Source of the DNA: Prochlorococcus sp. AG-355-J23
GTDB taxonomy: Bacteria > Cyanobacteriota > Cyanobacteriia > PCC-6307 > Cyanobiaceae
Length of the DNA stretch: 64,000 nucleotides
Assembly: GCA_003278705.1 (NCBI GenBank)
Contig: QCDR01000002.1
Coordinates: 52,593 to 116,592 of the forward strand
Direction: 5' to 3'
Shown here piece by piece: positions 62,364 through 64,000 of this stretch. The translations under genes were made by a program, and so were the position numbers. The notes below the pieces were generated by a model. That model worked only from the letters and a program-made list of their open reading frames with translations, was not told the DNA's origin and searched no databases. Each line of letters begins with the position of its first letter. Positions within the stretch are counted from its first letter, which is position 1.

Positions 62364-62582
62364 TTAGTTGTTTTCTAAATATTCAATAATTTCTTCCTGC
62401 AGTTCTTCCATCGTTTCATTATCACCCAGATCAAGTCCCTCACCCGCGGCATCCTGTGTTAACTCAAGATAATATGAAGCACCATCGCTAGATAAAAATT
62501 CCAATGCGGAAGTTTCATCACTATCTTTAAAAGCTTCATAAAGAGCTTTAAATGCAATGTTTTCAGTAAAGTCCCAATCCAT
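62364..62582 (-). CDS. Small, highly acidic hypothetical protein (72 aa)
   Basis: 21 D/E versus 2 K and no R; amphipathic helical pattern. Confidence 0.8.
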   Translation of the reverse strand: MDWDFTENIAFKALYEAFKDSDETSALEFLSSDGASYYLELTQDAAGEGLDLGDNETMEELQEEIIEYLENN

Positions 62583-62680
62583 AATGAAAAAAACCTTATT
62601 AGAATTATTACCTCCTTACCCCCCATACTCGTCAACCTTTTTTAAAGAAATGTTGGTGTTTTATTATTATTAAAAAATCT

Positions 62681-63064
62681 ATGACCATAAATAAACAAAA
62701 TCAGTTAAATGTCCTTGGAGAAGAAATTCAGATTTGCAGTTGCGCTCCTATGACAGGGTGGTTCAGAGATGGATTTTGTAACTATGACAAAAATGATGGA
62801 GGGAATCATTCCATATGTTGTGTAATGGATGATAATTTCCTGAAATATAGTAAATCACAAGGTAATGATTTAATAACTCCCATGCCTATTTATTCCTTCC
62901 CAGGACTAAAGGATGGAGATCATTGGTGTATTTGTCTTGATAGGTGGAAGCAAGCATTATTAGACGGTCTTGCACCAAAAGTCATATTAGAATCAACGAA
63001 TATTGTAGTCTTAGAATCAGTACCTCTTGAAAAATTGAAAGAATATCAATTTAATAAAAAGTAA
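62681..63064 (+). CDS. DUF2237 family protein
   Basis: NVLG....CS..PMTGWFRDGFC, GNDLITP and FPGLKDGDHWCIC motifs. Confidence 0.9.
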   Translation: MTINKQNQLNVLGEEIQICSCAPMTGWFRDGFCNYDKNDGGNHSICCVMDDNFLKYSKSQGNDLITPMPIYSFPGLKDGDHWCICLDRWKQALLDGLAPKVILESTNIVVLESVPLEKLKEYQFNKK

Positions 63065-63112
63065 TTACAAGTTTATTTTTTTTTTTAAAATGATAATGAT
63101 AAATTTTTTTAA

Positions 63113-63943
63113 ATGAGTTTAGAAATATATTGGAAAAAAGCACTAGAACAAACTCGATTATCAATTGATGATGAATCATTATATCCTCTCAAAACTGATA
63201 TAATTACAAGAGATTTATATGAAAAAGACGACTTCATAATTAGGAAACTCGATACTTCTAAATTTAATAAAAAAAAAATTTATGGTCCTAAGCAAAATCC
63301 ATTTTGTCCTTGGGAAAAGATACTAGAAATTGATAAAATTGGTGATAATCATCAACTAATATTAAATAAGTACCCTGTACAAAAAGGTCATATTTTACTT
63401 ATTACAAATGAATGGAAACCTCAAAATGGATGGTTAGATATTAAAGACTGGAGAGCGATCCAGCAAGTTAATAAAGATACTAGTGGATTATGGTTTTTCA
63501 ATAGTTCTCCAATTGCGGGAGCAAGTCAACCTCACAGGCATTTTCAACTTCTGCGTAGATCTAAAGGTGAGATATCATGCCCTAGAGAAAAGTGGTTTTT
63601 AGAGATAAACTCATATCAAGATCATGATAGTAAGCTTAAAAAAAATATTATTGTATCCAAATTTAATTTTTTAGAAAATCCTTCATGTCTTTTTGAATTT
63701 TACTTAGAATTATGCAACAAATTAGGACTTGGGGACCCTACTAGTGATAAGAAACCGATATATCCTTACAACATTTTAATAACTAATAAATGGATCGCTA
63801 TTATAAAAAGAAAAAATGATCATATTCATGGTTTCAGTATTAACGGTTTAGGATTTGCAGGATATCTATTAGTAACTGAAAATTCAAATATTAATTATTT
63901 AAAGAAATTTGGCCCTGAAAAACTTTTAGAAAGTTTTGTTTGA
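63113..63943 (+). CDS. ATP adenylyltransferase / Ap4A phosphorylase (HIT-like)
   Basis: NPF, LNKYPV, FFNS...AGASQPHRHFQ (HxHxQ) and NGLGFAG motifs. Confidence 0.88.
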   Translation: MSLEIYWKKALEQTRLSIDDESLYPLKTDIITRDLYEKDDFIIRKLDTSKFNKKKIYGPKQNPFCPWEKILEIDKIGDNHQLILNKYPVQKGHILLITNEWKPQNGWLDIKDWRAIQQVNKDTSGLWFFNSSPIAGASQPHRHFQLLRRSKGEISCPREKWFLEINSYQDHDSKLKKNIIVSKFNFLENPSCLFEFYLELCNKLGLGDPTSDKKPIYPYNILITNKWIAIIKRKNDHIHGFSINGLGFAGYLLVTENSNINYLKKFGPEKLLESFV

Positions 63944-63946
63944 ATA

Positions 63947-64000
63947 CTAGTTAGATACTTCAACTTCCTTATCCCTGCTTATTTGGCTTTCTAGAACTTC
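63947..64000 (-). CDS. 3' end of an unidentified gene entering from beyond the window
   Basis: Open frame ...EVLESQISRDKEVEVSN* with TAG at 63949-63947, convergent with the Ap4A phosphorylase. Confidence 0.5.
   Translation of the reverse strand, partial: EVLESQISRDKEVEVSN

Noticed and set aside
62459-62626. Alternative-frame 55-codon ORF (MGGKEVIILIRFFSLWIG...) overlapping the acidic protein gene
   Set aside because: Same-strand shifted frame of a better-supported gene with no RBS; probably incidental.
1-64000. CRISPR arrays, IS elements, integrases, prophage, riboswitches or a genomic island
   Set aside because: By eye I found no regularly spaced repeats, transposase, recombinase or phage genes, no compositional break, and no spacer with riboswitch-like structure. 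A covariance-model (Rfam) scan was not possible and could still reveal small RNAs.

Overview
A 64 kb, very AT-rich, gene-dense stretch of core chromosome from a streamlined marine picocyanobacterium. Gene content, protein sequences and composition point to high-light Prochlorococcus (inference; no search run). Gene order: umuD (partial), rlmH, rsmA-ispE, pdhB-secD-secF, psb28, selU, gun4, pmgA-like, glnA, spt, tadA, PLP decarboxylase, lspA-bioY, pyk, scpB, ilvA, dxs, psaK, rpmB, htpG, hisZ, suhB, fed2, tRNA-Ser(GGA), dnaK3-dnaJ, ribBA, argC, purN, pgi, leuS, dapF-iscS, dacB, coaD, uvrC, hemJ, cobN, ilvE-metH and an Ap4A phosphorylase. I found no prophage, IS element, integrase, CRISPR array, defence island or convincing new multi-gene system. 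The best leads are small. Two membrane micro-proteins are missing from the ORF track (3385-3480 and 17028-17165). A 60-aa membrane protein follows secF. A very acidic 72-aa protein is a possible nucleic-acid mimic. A group II PLP decarboxylase has altered active-site motifs. scpB lacks a canonical start upstream of its first conserved helix. The pyk swivel domain lacks its His motif. LexA and NtcA sites are clear.
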